This document shows, one piece after another, positions 12,401 to 22,497 of a DNA stretch of 63,875 nt. The position numbers were made by a program, and so were the translations under genes. This DNA comes from Aplysia californica. Taxonomy: Eukaryota. Each line of letters opens with the position of its first letter. The first letter of the stretch is position 1. The DNA is taken from positions 144,676-208,550 of the forward strand of contig NW_004798223.1 in NCBI RefSeq assembly GCF_000002075.1, read 5' to 3'. The notes beneath the pieces were generated by a model that saw nothing but the letters and a program-made list of their open reading frames with translations, searched no databases and was not told the origin of the DNA.

Positions 12401-15400
12401 AACGCCATAATGTGACAGCTGCATATGGCCTCACATTATAAAAAGATTAATACTTGAAAAGAAGGCGAAAACACACAACCGCTCTGTTGCCTGCCTGCCT
12501 GCGAACTGATTTTATTGTTGTTTATTTTACACTGAAATCTTGTGTTAATTCAAAAAGAGACACAATGTGACGTATCAAGAAGAGGAAATAATTGTGATAT
12601 TCAAGAATGGTTATTTCAACATTCGCAAAATAGTTCATTCCCATTTTTACATTTTGTAGTGTCAGTCATACATTACAGTCCTGATCTCTCCTCCTTCTTT
12701 TTTTGTGTTTGTTACTCTCTTGTAACCCCCTGTAAGCTTAAAAACAACAAAGTTGTGCTTCCACATATCCTTTCTTGTTGATTGGCTGAAATGTGTCAAA
12801 ACTTAATATTGTTTGATTGAAAGCTGATTGCAAATGGTGTCCAGTGTTACATTTGAGCAAAATTTGCAGTTCTGTTAAGTAGCCTCAGTCGAGAATGTAC
12901 TATCATAATCTCTTTTCTCTTCGTGTGCTACAGGTGCAGCCTAAAGAACTATTTCCAGATGAAAGCAGACAGTGCTTGTGTTGGGACGAAGAGAATGATG
13001 TGACTGGGGAGAGACACTGTAGGTTGAACTGTGACTCCATCATGACCGGCTGGGTCAACCTCACAGATGGATACACAGGTATATTTAATTCACTATTTGT
13101 ATCCCCGGAAGCCGAGAATGTTTTGAGTGTTCTATGGTCTGCTTGGGTAAAAATAGTTGGGGGGGGAGGGGTTCATCGAAAGCAAGGAAAATGAACAGGC
13201 TGTAAGATTAATTCAGTACCTCGGTGCTTCCACTCTTCCGTATTTTTACGGAAATCCGCACTTTCTGCCAGTTCCGTACTTGTTCCTCCATATTATCAAC
13301 TCCCTCCGTAAAAAGCTGTGACGGGTGCAGGACTACCGAAATTCTGTAGCAAAAGATCCGTACTCACCTTTGTACCGTCATGTATAAGTTACGGATATTT
13401 ACGGTAATTCTCTCGGCAATAAGTTAATGTTATAGAAACCTGCCAGATTGCGCATTTCCTGCAATCGGCCATTATTCCGCTATGCCCCATGCATTCATTG
13501 CGGGCTTGTCGGCAGTACATTTTTACCTGTGGATTGATCAAAATCTGGGGAACTTTTTGTGCCAATTTCCTCCTTTCTATCATTCACTCATTCCGTCTGT
13601 CTATCGTCGGATTGTTGCCGCGGCTGGAAAATCTGCACGTTGATCAAGTAAATTGACTTGTGATCTTAGACAGAAAATTGCTGTCAGAAAGAACCTTTTT
13701 TTACAAATTTGTCTTGATCTAAAGAAATGATCAAAATGAAGATTCTACGGGACGGGAACGCGATGAAAGAAATTTATGCTAAAACTTAGTGAAACTAGCC
13801 TAAAACTATTAAAGTCAAGAATAATTCGAAGTGGTGTTCCGAGGTTGTGACATGCGACATTCAGGCGTGAAATTTAAGGAAAATTAGGCTATACGCCGGG
13901 TAACTGTATTGTGAAGGTACATATATTTATTTATTATTCCCATGTTTGCCTTCTATCAATGGTGCGATGACAAATTAATTGAATTATAGTAGCAGTGCTT
14001 TTAAACATTGCCATCAATGGAAATATATTATGTTGATCTTGGTGAAGAAATCAAACAAGACAATTTTGGTGAAAAAATAAATGTTATTGTTTGCAGGCAA
14101 TCTCTTCAAACAGGCTCCCAAATGCCATTTTCAACCCTCTAAAAGCACTAAATTTCAATTTCCCCTAGGCCAACCACCAGAATTTTCCTAACTTTTCAGC
14201 TTCAGCTGCTGGAAGCACTGGTAACTCAAAACATTTATGAGGGCCTGATTCCAACATATTAAGACTCGAGAAAATTTTCATTCCATATGGAACATACACA
14301 TAATATTTCTTTCTTTTTTTTTCTTTTTTTCTTTTCTTTTTTTTTTACAGTATTTAGTTTGTACTGATGTAGGGTATGTTTTTGTGTATGTGTGTGTGTG
14401 TAGAATTCATCCATGCTGTTCCTTGTCAAAATATATTTCCATCTTGTTATAATAATTTTTTCCCCCTTTTTTTTCCTTTTTTTTTTCAGGCGGCTTTTTG
14501 TCTCTTGTGAATGAATGCCTGTTTATCGAATGAGTTTAGTTTTGATTAAATATTGTTAACAAATTGTCATTCGTTAAGAATGAGCTTGCTGGTATTAAAA
14601 GACACCAGTGATACATTAACATCTTGAATATCCCCTTTATTGATACTTTCTTTTTTGTCTTGCTTTTTGAGAATAAGTCATCACAGAAAATGCTCACTAG
14701 TGTTAAGTCCTTTTTCGTTTACTTTTCAGGACCAACCAGCAGTTCCTCGAGCCCAACCACCACTTTCCCCAGCACTTCCTCTAGCAAACCAGCCTCGTCT
14801 GATATGTCTGTTGGCAGTATGAAAACGGACTCAACATTTATAATTGTAACTGTGCTTGTGACTGTTGCGGTTTTTGTCCTCGTGTTGCTGGCAGTGTGTT
14901 GGTACAAGCGCAGATGTCAATTCCGTACTTGTAAGTGTTCCAGCAATAAACAAGTTTGGTGCCATTTTCTTGTTTCGTTCATACTCCTTTTTTGTGAGTT
15001 TTCAGACAAACCCTTTTTATGACCATCTGGACAGTCCTTTTTAGATGGAAAACATGTCCACACTCCCTTTTGGTTGGGGTTTATGAGGGTTTGGGGGGGG
15101 GGGGGTGTTACTTCCCATGAGTGCTGTGCGATTTTGAGGAGGAAAAAAAACTGCTTCGAAGACTAAATGATGCCTGTTTTTTAACTGGCCGCGGCCGTGG
15201 TTTTGCGCATCTCGGTGGTGATAAAATGTTCGAAGAAAGAGGCAACAAGGACATGAGAGGGGGAGTCATAAAAGGGGGCGAGCACGTGGCCAGCATGACT
15301 CATAATACTCATTATATTTCCTTTCATTGGTCCCTGCCGTACCCCCTCTGTGCCTACAAACCCAATGTGCAAGCCTAACGGACCCCGTGTATCTGGTGGC

Positions 15401-18400
15401 TGACTGATATAAAAAAAAATTTTAAAATCAAAACACGACTGTCAGTCCCCTGGCCTTATCCACGCACAACATGCTGCCATTGTGCAAGGGGAGCTAAGTT
15501 TGATTATTCCAGCCTACAAAAAAAAACATTCGCTCTGCTTCGAAGCGCTGGTGGGTAGTAAGGGGAGCTAAATTAGCTAAGTATCCCTGCATACAAAAAA
15601 ACATTCGCTGCACTTTGAAACAATGGTGGGTACCCATATAGCCTTATGCTTCAAATGTCGAATTATGCAAGGGGAGCTCAGTCAGTAGGCCTATGTCAGC
15701 CTATGCAAAGCCTATGCTTCGAAGCGATGGTCTGTTGAGTTTTTAATGGTATCACGGGTGCCTCTTAGAGGCATGTTTTATAACTCATGCTGGCTCCTCT
15801 TATCACTGTCGCGTAATCATCTACTTGAACGTAATGCTGAATTTACCACGGTGAATTTAGACATTTTATTATAAAATTTACAAGAAATCCATTATGAAAA
15901 AAAATCATACAGCATTCTTGCCACGCTTGGAATAGCCGTGAATAGAGCGAAAATCGTGAATGTCAAATAGTGAAATCAAATGGGCTCAGCTCTACCTCCC
16001 ATCAGAAAGACAGGGATTCTCTGTAAAATGTCAGTCTTATGTGGTAAAGGAAATTATGCCCTGTTTGTGCTAGAAGAAGAGCATGATCTTTTAGACCAGT
16101 CTGTAGTGGGTAAGGTGCTTACCCCTAGGACAAATGGTTGATTGGACAATCAGTTCTTACAAGCTTGGTTAGATGACTTCGGGCTTTCACATCATGCTAT
16201 GTTCCCAGGATGGATGGGTACCTAGTCTTTTTGTAGGATGGAAAATTAAAAAATTTTGCATGCTTGTTGGCATGCGTTTGATGCTCCTTGAAAATTTAAG
16301 TAAAAAGAGGAAATCTTTCTGGCCCTGCTCAATTCCTAAAATTAATGCCAATTTGAAATTGTAGAGACTACAGATATGTAAGGGTACTATCAGAAATGAT
16401 GAGGGACTCTGTGACCTCAGGGAAAGGGGGGGGGGGAATGGATACTGTAAATACTGGTTACTTTGTGAGGTTTGGGAAAGCAGATGAGTTGTCTCTGAGC
16501 TCAATTCTTTGAATCCAGACCTTGACTTATGTGACATTTTATTATCTGCACTTCTGCTTATCGCCACTCAAGTGGGATATTGGGGGTACCGATTTCGTCA
16601 ACCCCAAGATCTACACCTGGTCTTGTGCAAAATTTACCACCTATATTCACCCATATTGTGATATCTCTGTCCAACTACGAAAAGTTTGTGTACTCACACA
16701 AACGTAATCCATCAATAGTGGACTGAATTATAACCGTTTTAAGGTAACACCGCCTCAAATTAGGTACTAGAATTGTGGAATCCCTTGGGTTTGGAAAGAG
16801 TTCTAAAAAGTGCATAGTGACTGTTTCAGAAAAATCCTATGTTACAGAGGTGATTTCTTCATAAATGTGCCTTCCACATTATCCTTTTTTCCTTCTACAG
16901 GCATGAAGGATCTGCTGTCTGGAAAGGAGAAAGAGAAGGCTCTGCAGTCCCTGAGGGAAAAAGGCCCTTTTGCTGGTCCTCCTAGTCCAGAGATTGGTGA
17001 GTCAGTTGTTACATTGCAGTGTAACCTTGCCATGGTCACTTTTTTGCATTTGGCACAAGCCATCTGAGATCTACTCTAAAGTTTTGTTTTGATGATTTCC
17101 AGACCTGGGATTGAAAAAGTTTCCCAGGGTTGAAAGAGCTAATGGGGTTCTTGAGGTGCATTGTTTTAGGGTGTCCCCAGAGGACATGGGAGTGGCTTGT
17201 ATTTTATGCGTATTAGGGTTAGAGCTCTTTCATGGTTTAGAGGCCATATGGTGTTCTTGAAGAAGGGTCATGAATAAGTGATGTATTGAATACTGAATAA
17301 ATACTCTTATGGATGTAGTCTAGTTCCATCACTGCTTATTGTTGGGACTGCCTCTTATCTAAAAAGTCCTCTTTCTTTAGTTTAGTTTAGTATAGGGTTT
17401 TACGGCGCTCGCAACTGCATAGGTCATATGAGCGCGCGGGACACACCTAATATTTTTCAGTTGGTAGGAAATTTGGAATTTTGCCCGGGTGGCGGCCGAA
17501 GCCTACTCTTGTCGATTTTAGACCACCAAGGGATCTTTAGCGTGCGCAACTTGCACACGGGCCCTCCGAGATTTTTCGCCCTTGTCCGAGAAGGCTAGGT
17601 GTAGATCTTTCCTACCAGAAGATCAGGGGTGTGGCAGAAAGACAGCAGTTAGGAGGAGCCAAGGAGTAGCAGTAGAAAGGCTGCAGAAAGAGCCAGGAGC
17701 CCAGAGGAGGGGGCAAAGGAGGTGAGGGGGTGGGGGCAGAAAGTGGAAATGAAAGCAGACAACAGAACATTGCTAGAGATCAGGAAAGGATGGGAAAGGA
17801 GACAATTTTAGAGAAGAAAATTTTTTGGTCGCTACCCGGAATCGAACCCGGGACCTTTGAATGAGAGGCCAACACCTTAACCTCTAGGCCACGAGAGCCC
17901 CCCTCTTTCTTTTGTGTGGTTGCCGGCATTGTGGTGGTTGCATTTCTGTGGACACAAGAAAAGTTTTGAATCATTGTCCGTTTTTTAATACAGGTTTGGG
18001 TAGAAGTCTATTTTAGCCTTTCCATTTTTCTGAACCTACTTGACCTACTATGCGTATGAAGGGTCTCCACTCTCTGTGGGACCGCACGTTGGTCACTGTT
18101 ATGTCATGTGCAGTAGATGCTTTTAACTTGAGGCTCAAATTTCCTTCTTTTTTTTTCAGGTTTTAATACTATTTAGCATCTGTGTGCAGCTTTATTATTT
18201 AATCATCTGCTTATTATTATTATAAAGCTATCAGAATTTTGATTATGTATCTCGCTTAACACTCTTATTGTTAAGTTATGCGTGTGATTGTGAGTCTTGT
18301 TTGTGAGTGCAACAATGCTTTTATATTTTTATGTGTATCATAGTGTATGTGTACAGGTGTGTGTGGAAGATATGATGTGTGAGTATGTGTGTGTGTGTAT

Positions 18401-21400
18401 ATACACAGAGACATGTGTGCACTGTGTAACGCCAAACCAATGTGCCAGCATTTGGACAATGAAGATTAATCTTATCTAAGCAATGTTAGCTGGGTTAATT
18501 TTATAGACTCAGTCTAGATACATTTCTCAGAAGGTCTATAGGTGTCATATAATTGTCTCCCTTGCAGTTATGTCAACAGATCAGAAAAGCGTCATGCCTC
18601 TGAGTGTGAAGACTATTTACGTGCTGTATAGTGAAGACCATGAAGATCACATCAGCCTAGTGGACTCTTTGGCCAATTTTCTGCAAGTAAGTTTTGTTTT
18701 TAAAAATATCCATGCTCCCTGGAGGGGGAGGGGGTGTTTTTTTTTAACAAAGCTGGGAATCAACATGTAAGTTACTTTTGTTACATTTTCATATTACCAT
18801 GAATACGTTGTGTTGCTTCAAGTCGTTAATTATGGTTTTCTGGTGGCTAGTGAAATAAGAATCATGGGGTGATTTTTTTAGCGAGTCCATTGGTCACTCC
18901 TCAGATGTGTTAATGGAGGTTCTGAATCTCACAGTTTATCGTAACCCTTCAAGTGTCGATAGCCGATTGAATCAGCTGTAAAATTCGTCCTGTGGTGTCT
19001 CGGATGATTTAATTGGTTGCAATTTCAGTTTCCATTTTGGTGGGTTTATTCCATGTTTTTTTCTTTTTTCTTTTTTTGTATCACAAAACATTTTAACTCC
19101 TCCACAAGTGGGGTCTACTTCCTAGGTACATTGTACTTTCTGAACATGTAAAGTATTATGGCTTTCACTTGCTCGTTTTGACTATTCTCGGTAGTCATTG
19201 GGCCTTTGTGAACCTTTTTGAGGCCCAAATCTTGACTTCTACACTCAAAAAATAATGCTTTGAAGTATGTGAGCATGTGAGTTATTATAATTAAATTTTT
19301 TTTTTTATGTTGTGGTTTATTTGCTGTGAATGCCGAGAGGAGAAAAAAGGTCGAATGTACCAAAATTGTGGAGTCCATAGAATGGAAGCGTAGTGTACAC
19401 TTCGCTAGTCTGGTCTTAAAGTTTGATGGTTGTTAAGTTTCTGCTTATGTTGATCAATTACGTTGCCTCTAAAACCGCTAAACTTTTAACGGTTTTTTAT
19501 ATTAGTATCTCATGCCTCGCTTTGAGCTCAAATGAACTCTTTCTAATCTTTTTGCCAGGTTCATTGCAGCTGTCGTGTCATCTACCGGCGCTGGTGCGAC
19601 CTCGGGCCGGAGCAGGGTGGGCTGGCTTGGGTGGTCTCCAACATCAACAGTTCGGACCTGGTGCTTTTTGTGGCTTCCCAGGGAGCAGAGAAGTTTTTGG
19701 ACGCACAGCTGAGCAAGAAGGTGTACCGCCAGCGTCGTTTGGGACCTGAGGGAGACCTGTTTCTCCTGGGCGTACAGAGATTGTTGAGTGATGGGAATGG
19801 CTCGTGTAATCAGTGGGACAACGTGGTGCCCGTTCATTTTGGCGAAACCAGGTGTGTAGCCCAAGTTTTATTTTCAGCTTATTGTAACGTACTTCAGCAT
19901 AAATATCTCCTTTGCTGTGGACTCATTTTCTTTATGTTCTCCATGTCCAGGCCTGGTGTGTAGGGTATTAATTCATTAGGAAGACGCTTCAAAATGTCTA
20001 GCGGTTGAAAAGAATATGCACACCGTCATTTTTTTCTCATTAAAAATTATTATTTTCTATGAAAGATCAGTTAATGCTTTAATTTTTTAAAGGTTTTTAT
20101 TTTCAACAAGGACCTTATATTCGATTTTCTCAGTGTACTTTCCATAGGGCTTTTCACAAAGCATTAAAAAAATAATTTTGTGTGTTTTTTCTTGTTTTTC
20201 TTTTTGTTAGTCATTTTTGGTAAGGCTTTTTGATTTTTGAATCGCTAAAATATCACTGAAATGATAAAAAGCAAGTTGGGAAAGTTTTTAACTCCATGCC
20301 TATGCATGCTGCAGTCAGTTTTGTTTCACGTGCCTACCTTTGCCGCAGCAGTTTTCAAGTTCAGAATTTATTTTGTCATGTTATTACCACAGCTTTATCC
20401 ATATACTTTATCAGTTATTTGTGTCACTGTAATTTTTATATGCAATGAAACTGGGAGATTTGCTGGGTAGGCAGTAAGTTCAATAAAGAAAATTTGGGCT
20501 ATTGTTTTTTTATTATTTCTTTCTCTATTTGTTATCAGGTAAACTTTAGAAATTTTGCCCTGTCTCTCAAATTCAAAATCACATGCATTTGCACACATAC
20601 TCATTCCTTCCGAAGAAAAATGACATGCTACTGATACTAGAATACATTTAAATGAAATTCTTCTCTCCCCGTGGCGACAGATGGTGCCGCCAACAGATGC
20701 TGTTCCCACTCATGTACCAGCTGCCCTCACACCTCCCGGACATGGTGCAGAAGATACATAAGCTAAGCCCCAGTGCTGCCAAGGCTCACAGTGTGAGTTC
20801 TTTTCCCTGTCTTGTTTGCTTTGAGTTGAGGAGAAGCTTGTGTTGTGGATGGGTTAACTGTTATTTAGTGTTGAGGGAAGAAAACAGGCTACGAAGGGCT
20901 TTGTAGTTGGGTAATTTTCTATTAATCGTATGAAGAAAAGGCAAAGGAGTAATTTTTAAATATCTTTTGGGGAAAAGGCAAATGAGTAGAGGACTTGCAG
21001 ACAACCTTCATGGTAGCTGACTTTTTTCCCATATTTGTAGTTTTTTGATGTTTAAAAAAAATCATTAACTTGTTTCTTTGAGTAAAAGAGAAATGCATCA
21101 AAATGATCGGAAAGTGCTGAGGAGTGTTTATCCTTAACCATAGAGCTGAGGGTGTAACAGCTTTTTCAATCCCTGGTTTGAACTGGTCCCAGCCATATGC
21201 CTGTAAAATTATGTCCGTTTTCTTTTTAAGTTTGTTAATGCGTATCCTCGGGCTCTCTGCAAACTGTATCGATTGCTTGCGATGCCTTATTGTTATTATA
21301 CAGTCGGACACAGATAACAAGAACATGGGAATACTCGAAATCATTGATAGCTCATACAGTTCGCCATTTCCTGACTGATATCTCTTTAATTTTTTTGTTA

Positions 21401-22497
21401 TATTGGTTGCCCGAATTATGGATGTGTCAAACATGTTTGTCAATCCCTGATGTGTTTTGATTGAGTTATCCGTGCCCGACTATATGTGGAAAGAGTTCTG
21501 GTGCTTTTTTGGTTTTTATTAGTAGTTCACATTTTATTTTTTATTCCACTGACATGGTAACAACAGATTCAAAGAACCAAATATAGTAATACCTGCTGGT
21601 TTGTCTGATATATTGCAGGTGAACTTGCCACTGTCTGTAGAGACCTTACACGAACTACCTGATGGGTTAAGACTTCAGGCTGCCATCTCCTCAGCACAAC
21701 AGTACGAAGCAAATAACCCAAATTGGTTTGAAGAGAACTTTGGTAGCGCCACACCCATCTTGGCAACCACAGCCTGTATTTCTCACACTGATTCAGACTA
21801 CGGCTCTCTAGGCCCAATGCAGTCTGTGTCCTCCCAGGATGTAAATACGAGCGACTACATGGGCAGTCCAGCATCTGTGTTCGACTATCCGCCAGATTTC
21901 GGTTTGTACCGCCATCCATCAACACGTTCGAATCCTGACATGTACTCAAATGCACTTCACGAGTACGGCGTACAGAGGCCTCGAGGGGGTGGCTCTCAGC
22001 GCATGCCACGTCAGCAGAAGGAGTATGTGCCCAGTGTGTTTACGCTCCACAGCGATGTGAATGATATGGATAAGGTGCAGCAGACAGGGGACGCTGCTGG
22101 CCCAATCCGGCCTCCAGAGACCGTCTCTGACGTTGGCACAGACGTTATGAGCAATGCTCTACGTAATGTCAATGCCAGACACGAGTGGGCGGCCATTCCA
22201 CCATCTGTCTCGAGGACCACATCACCGGCCAGTAGAGAGCAGTGGCGTGATGATGAAATGAGCCGTCCATGGCATCCACCTCAAGGCATTCGACCCCCCT
22301 TCGAACTGAGCAGCATAAAGCCCCCACAGCCGTGCTCTGACATGAGTAGTGACTGTATGAGTTTAGCATTTCAGCGAGTCAATGCCTCATCTGACGCCAT
22401 TTTCCTGGATCAAGCGCCACGTCCACCCCTGGAGGAGGTGATAGAGGAAGACAGTTTTCATGGAAAGGAACAGGAATTTGATGCTATTAGCGTTTAA
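1575..22497 (+). CDS. IL17R: Interleukin-17 receptor family protein (IL17RA/RD-like, SEFIR domain), 12 visible exons, 5'-partial
   Basis: Exons 1575-1754, 3129-3256, 7456-7600, 8331-8515, 9676-9747, 12934-13078, 14730-14930, 16901-16996, 18568-18686, 19559-19851, 20681-20792, 21619-22497 are joined by GT..AG introns with compatible phases (2555 nt + 1 upstream nt = 852 codons incl. TAA). TM FIIVTVLVTVAVFVLVLLAVCWYKRR; SEFIR start IYVLYSEDHEDHISLVDSLANFLQ; GDLF motif; post-SEFIR GLRLQAAISSAQQYEANNPNWFE resembles the IL17RA/RD extension. Confidence 0.9.
3129..3256 (+). CDS. IL17R-like exon (DSAKENLKGFVLTYW...TWPK)
   Basis: tttag| acceptor after pyrimidine tract, AAG|gtaggt donor, phase 1-0. 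Confidence 0.8.
4428..5131. mobile_element. Non-autonomous Mutator-like element (MULE)
   Basis: About 90-bp TIRs with internal TATACAGACCCGGTA direct repeats; perfect 9-bp TSD TTTTTTAAA (4419-4427, 5132-5140). Confidence 0.85.
5349..6145. mobile_element. Tigger/pogo-like MITE, degenerate
   Basis: TA-CAGTCGAACCTG...GGCCACC / GGTGGCC...CAGGTTTGACGG inverted ends, internal TAAGACGGCC repeats. Confidence 0.6.
7456..7600 (+). CDS. IL17R-like exon (LRFSYELQY...VYSIPTP)
   Basis: gtcag| acceptor, C|gtgagt donor, phase 0-1. Confidence 0.8.
8078..8285 (+). mobile_element. tRNA-derived SINE (family also at 30710-31727, 33702-34703, 35108-35335)
   Basis: Degenerate B box, shared TTGGCCTTGACAGGCAGG...GATCTAAA.TGTGTC 3' part, AT-rich tail. 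Confidence 0.6.
8331..8515 (+). CDS. IL17R-like exon (PGYWVPSV...YNFTEF)
   Basis: tttttgcag| acceptor, CAG|gtgaac donor, phase 1-0. Confidence 0.8.
9058..9406 (+). mobile_element. CORE-type SINE
   Basis: tRNA-like head (GGTTCGAG), TGTGTCCTTGGGAAAGGCACTT...AAAATGGG core, GCGCTATACAAAT..(ATT)n tail. Confidence 0.75.
9676..9747 (+). CDS. IL17R-like exon (VASANKS...YKLV)
   Basis: ttgcag| acceptor, GTG|gtgagt donor, phase 0-0. Confidence 0.8.
10939..11330 (+). pseudogene. Gypsy integrase core fragment (inverted relative to its element)
   Basis: GLPNSIFTDNGPTWTS...YHPSSNGLAERAV*TFK...YRSTP...PSELMMGR; in-frame stop. Confidence 0.9.
12160..12220. repeat. 15-bp tandem repeat (TTATGTCATTCTCAG)x4
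   Basis: Direct reading. Confidence 0.9.
12934..13078 (+). CDS. IL17R-like exon (Cys-rich VQP...CLC...C...C)
   Basis: ctacag| acceptor, CAG|gtatat donor, phase 0-1. Confidence 0.85.
13222..14220. mobile_element. Non-autonomous hAT-like DNA element
   Basis: C(G)GTGCTTCCA ... TGGAAGCACTG ends; flanks GTACCT/GTAACT. Confidence 0.55.
14730..14930 (+). CDS. IL17R-like exon (Ser/Thr stalk + transmembrane helix)
   Basis: ttttcag| acceptor, T|gtaagt donor; about 22 hydrophobic residues followed by KRR. Confidence 0.9.
15482..15735. repeat. Degenerate minisatellite (about 3 units of AAGGGGAGCT...CTTCGAAGCG)
   Basis: Recurrent AAGGGGAGCT and ACAAAAAA..CATTCGCT. Confidence 0.55.
16901..16996 (+). 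CDS. IL17R-like exon (juxtamembrane)
   Basis: ttctacag| acceptor, TG|gtgagt donor, phase 1-1. Confidence 0.8.
17379..17901 (-). mobile_element. tRNA(Glu-like)-derived SINE with Nin/Deu-like central domain
   Basis: Head GTGGCCTAGAGGTTAAGG...GGTTCGATTCC; GCACGCTAAAGATCCCTTGGTGGTC core; (CTAAA)n tail; 11-bp TSD CCTCTTTCTTT. Confidence 0.8.
18568..18686 (+). CDS. IL17R-like exon (SEFIR box 1)
   Basis: cttgcag| acceptor, CAA|gtaagt donor; IYVLYSEDHEDHISLVDSLANFLQ. Confidence 0.92.
19559..19851 (+). CDS. IL17R-like exon (SEFIR core)
   Basis: ttgccag| acceptor, AG|gtgtgt donor; HCSCRV...GLAWV...DLVLFVASQG...GDLFL. Confidence 0.92.
20681..20792 (+). CDS. IL17R-like exon (SEFIR end, YQLPSHLPDMVQKIH)
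   Basis: gacag| acceptor, AGT|gtgagt donor, phase 2-0. Confidence 0.88.
21619..22497 (+). CDS. IL17R-like terminal exon (SEFIR extension + C-terminal tail)
   Basis: ttgcag| acceptor, 293-codon open frame ending TAA. Confidence 0.92.
   Translation: MNLPLSVETLHELPDGLRLQAAISSAQQYEANNPNWFEENFGSATPILATTACISHTDSDYGSLGPMQSVSSQDVNTSDYMGSPASVFDYPPDFGLYRHPSTRSNPDMYSNALHEYGVQRPRGGGSQRMPRQQKEYVPSVFTLHSDVNDMDKVQQTGDAAGPIRPPETVSDVGTDVMSNALRNVNARHEWAAIPPSVSRTTSPASREQWRDDEMSRPWHPPQGIRPPFELSSIKPPQPCSDMSSDCMSLAFQRVNASSDAIFLDQAPRPPLEEVIEEDSFHGKEQEFDAISV

Larger units (their letters stand above)
10931..12677 (-). mobile_element. Rearranged, internally deleted Gypsy (Mag-like) LTR retrotransposon
   Basis: 5' LTR 12677-12411 (TG..CA), PBS TGGCGTTGATAATGGGAT, integrase C-terminus (VRNY..PGKIVEQTGPVSFKV), PPT AAGAAGGGGGGAA, 3' LTR 11586-11331 plus 10938-10931, 5-bp TSD GTCCT. 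Confidence 0.88.

Noticed and set aside
17826-17901. tRNA-Glu-like gene on minus strand
   Set aside because: Acceptor/anticodon stems imperfect, and it is the head of a TSD-bounded SINE
20922-21443. 173-aa minus-strand ORF in IL17R intron
   Set aside because: No recognisable motifs; probably a decayed repeat or chance ORF
22420-22497. TRAF6 (PxExx-acidic/aromatic) and PDZ motifs in IL17R tail
   Set aside because: PLEEVI does not fit the consensus; terminal ISV is too short to claim
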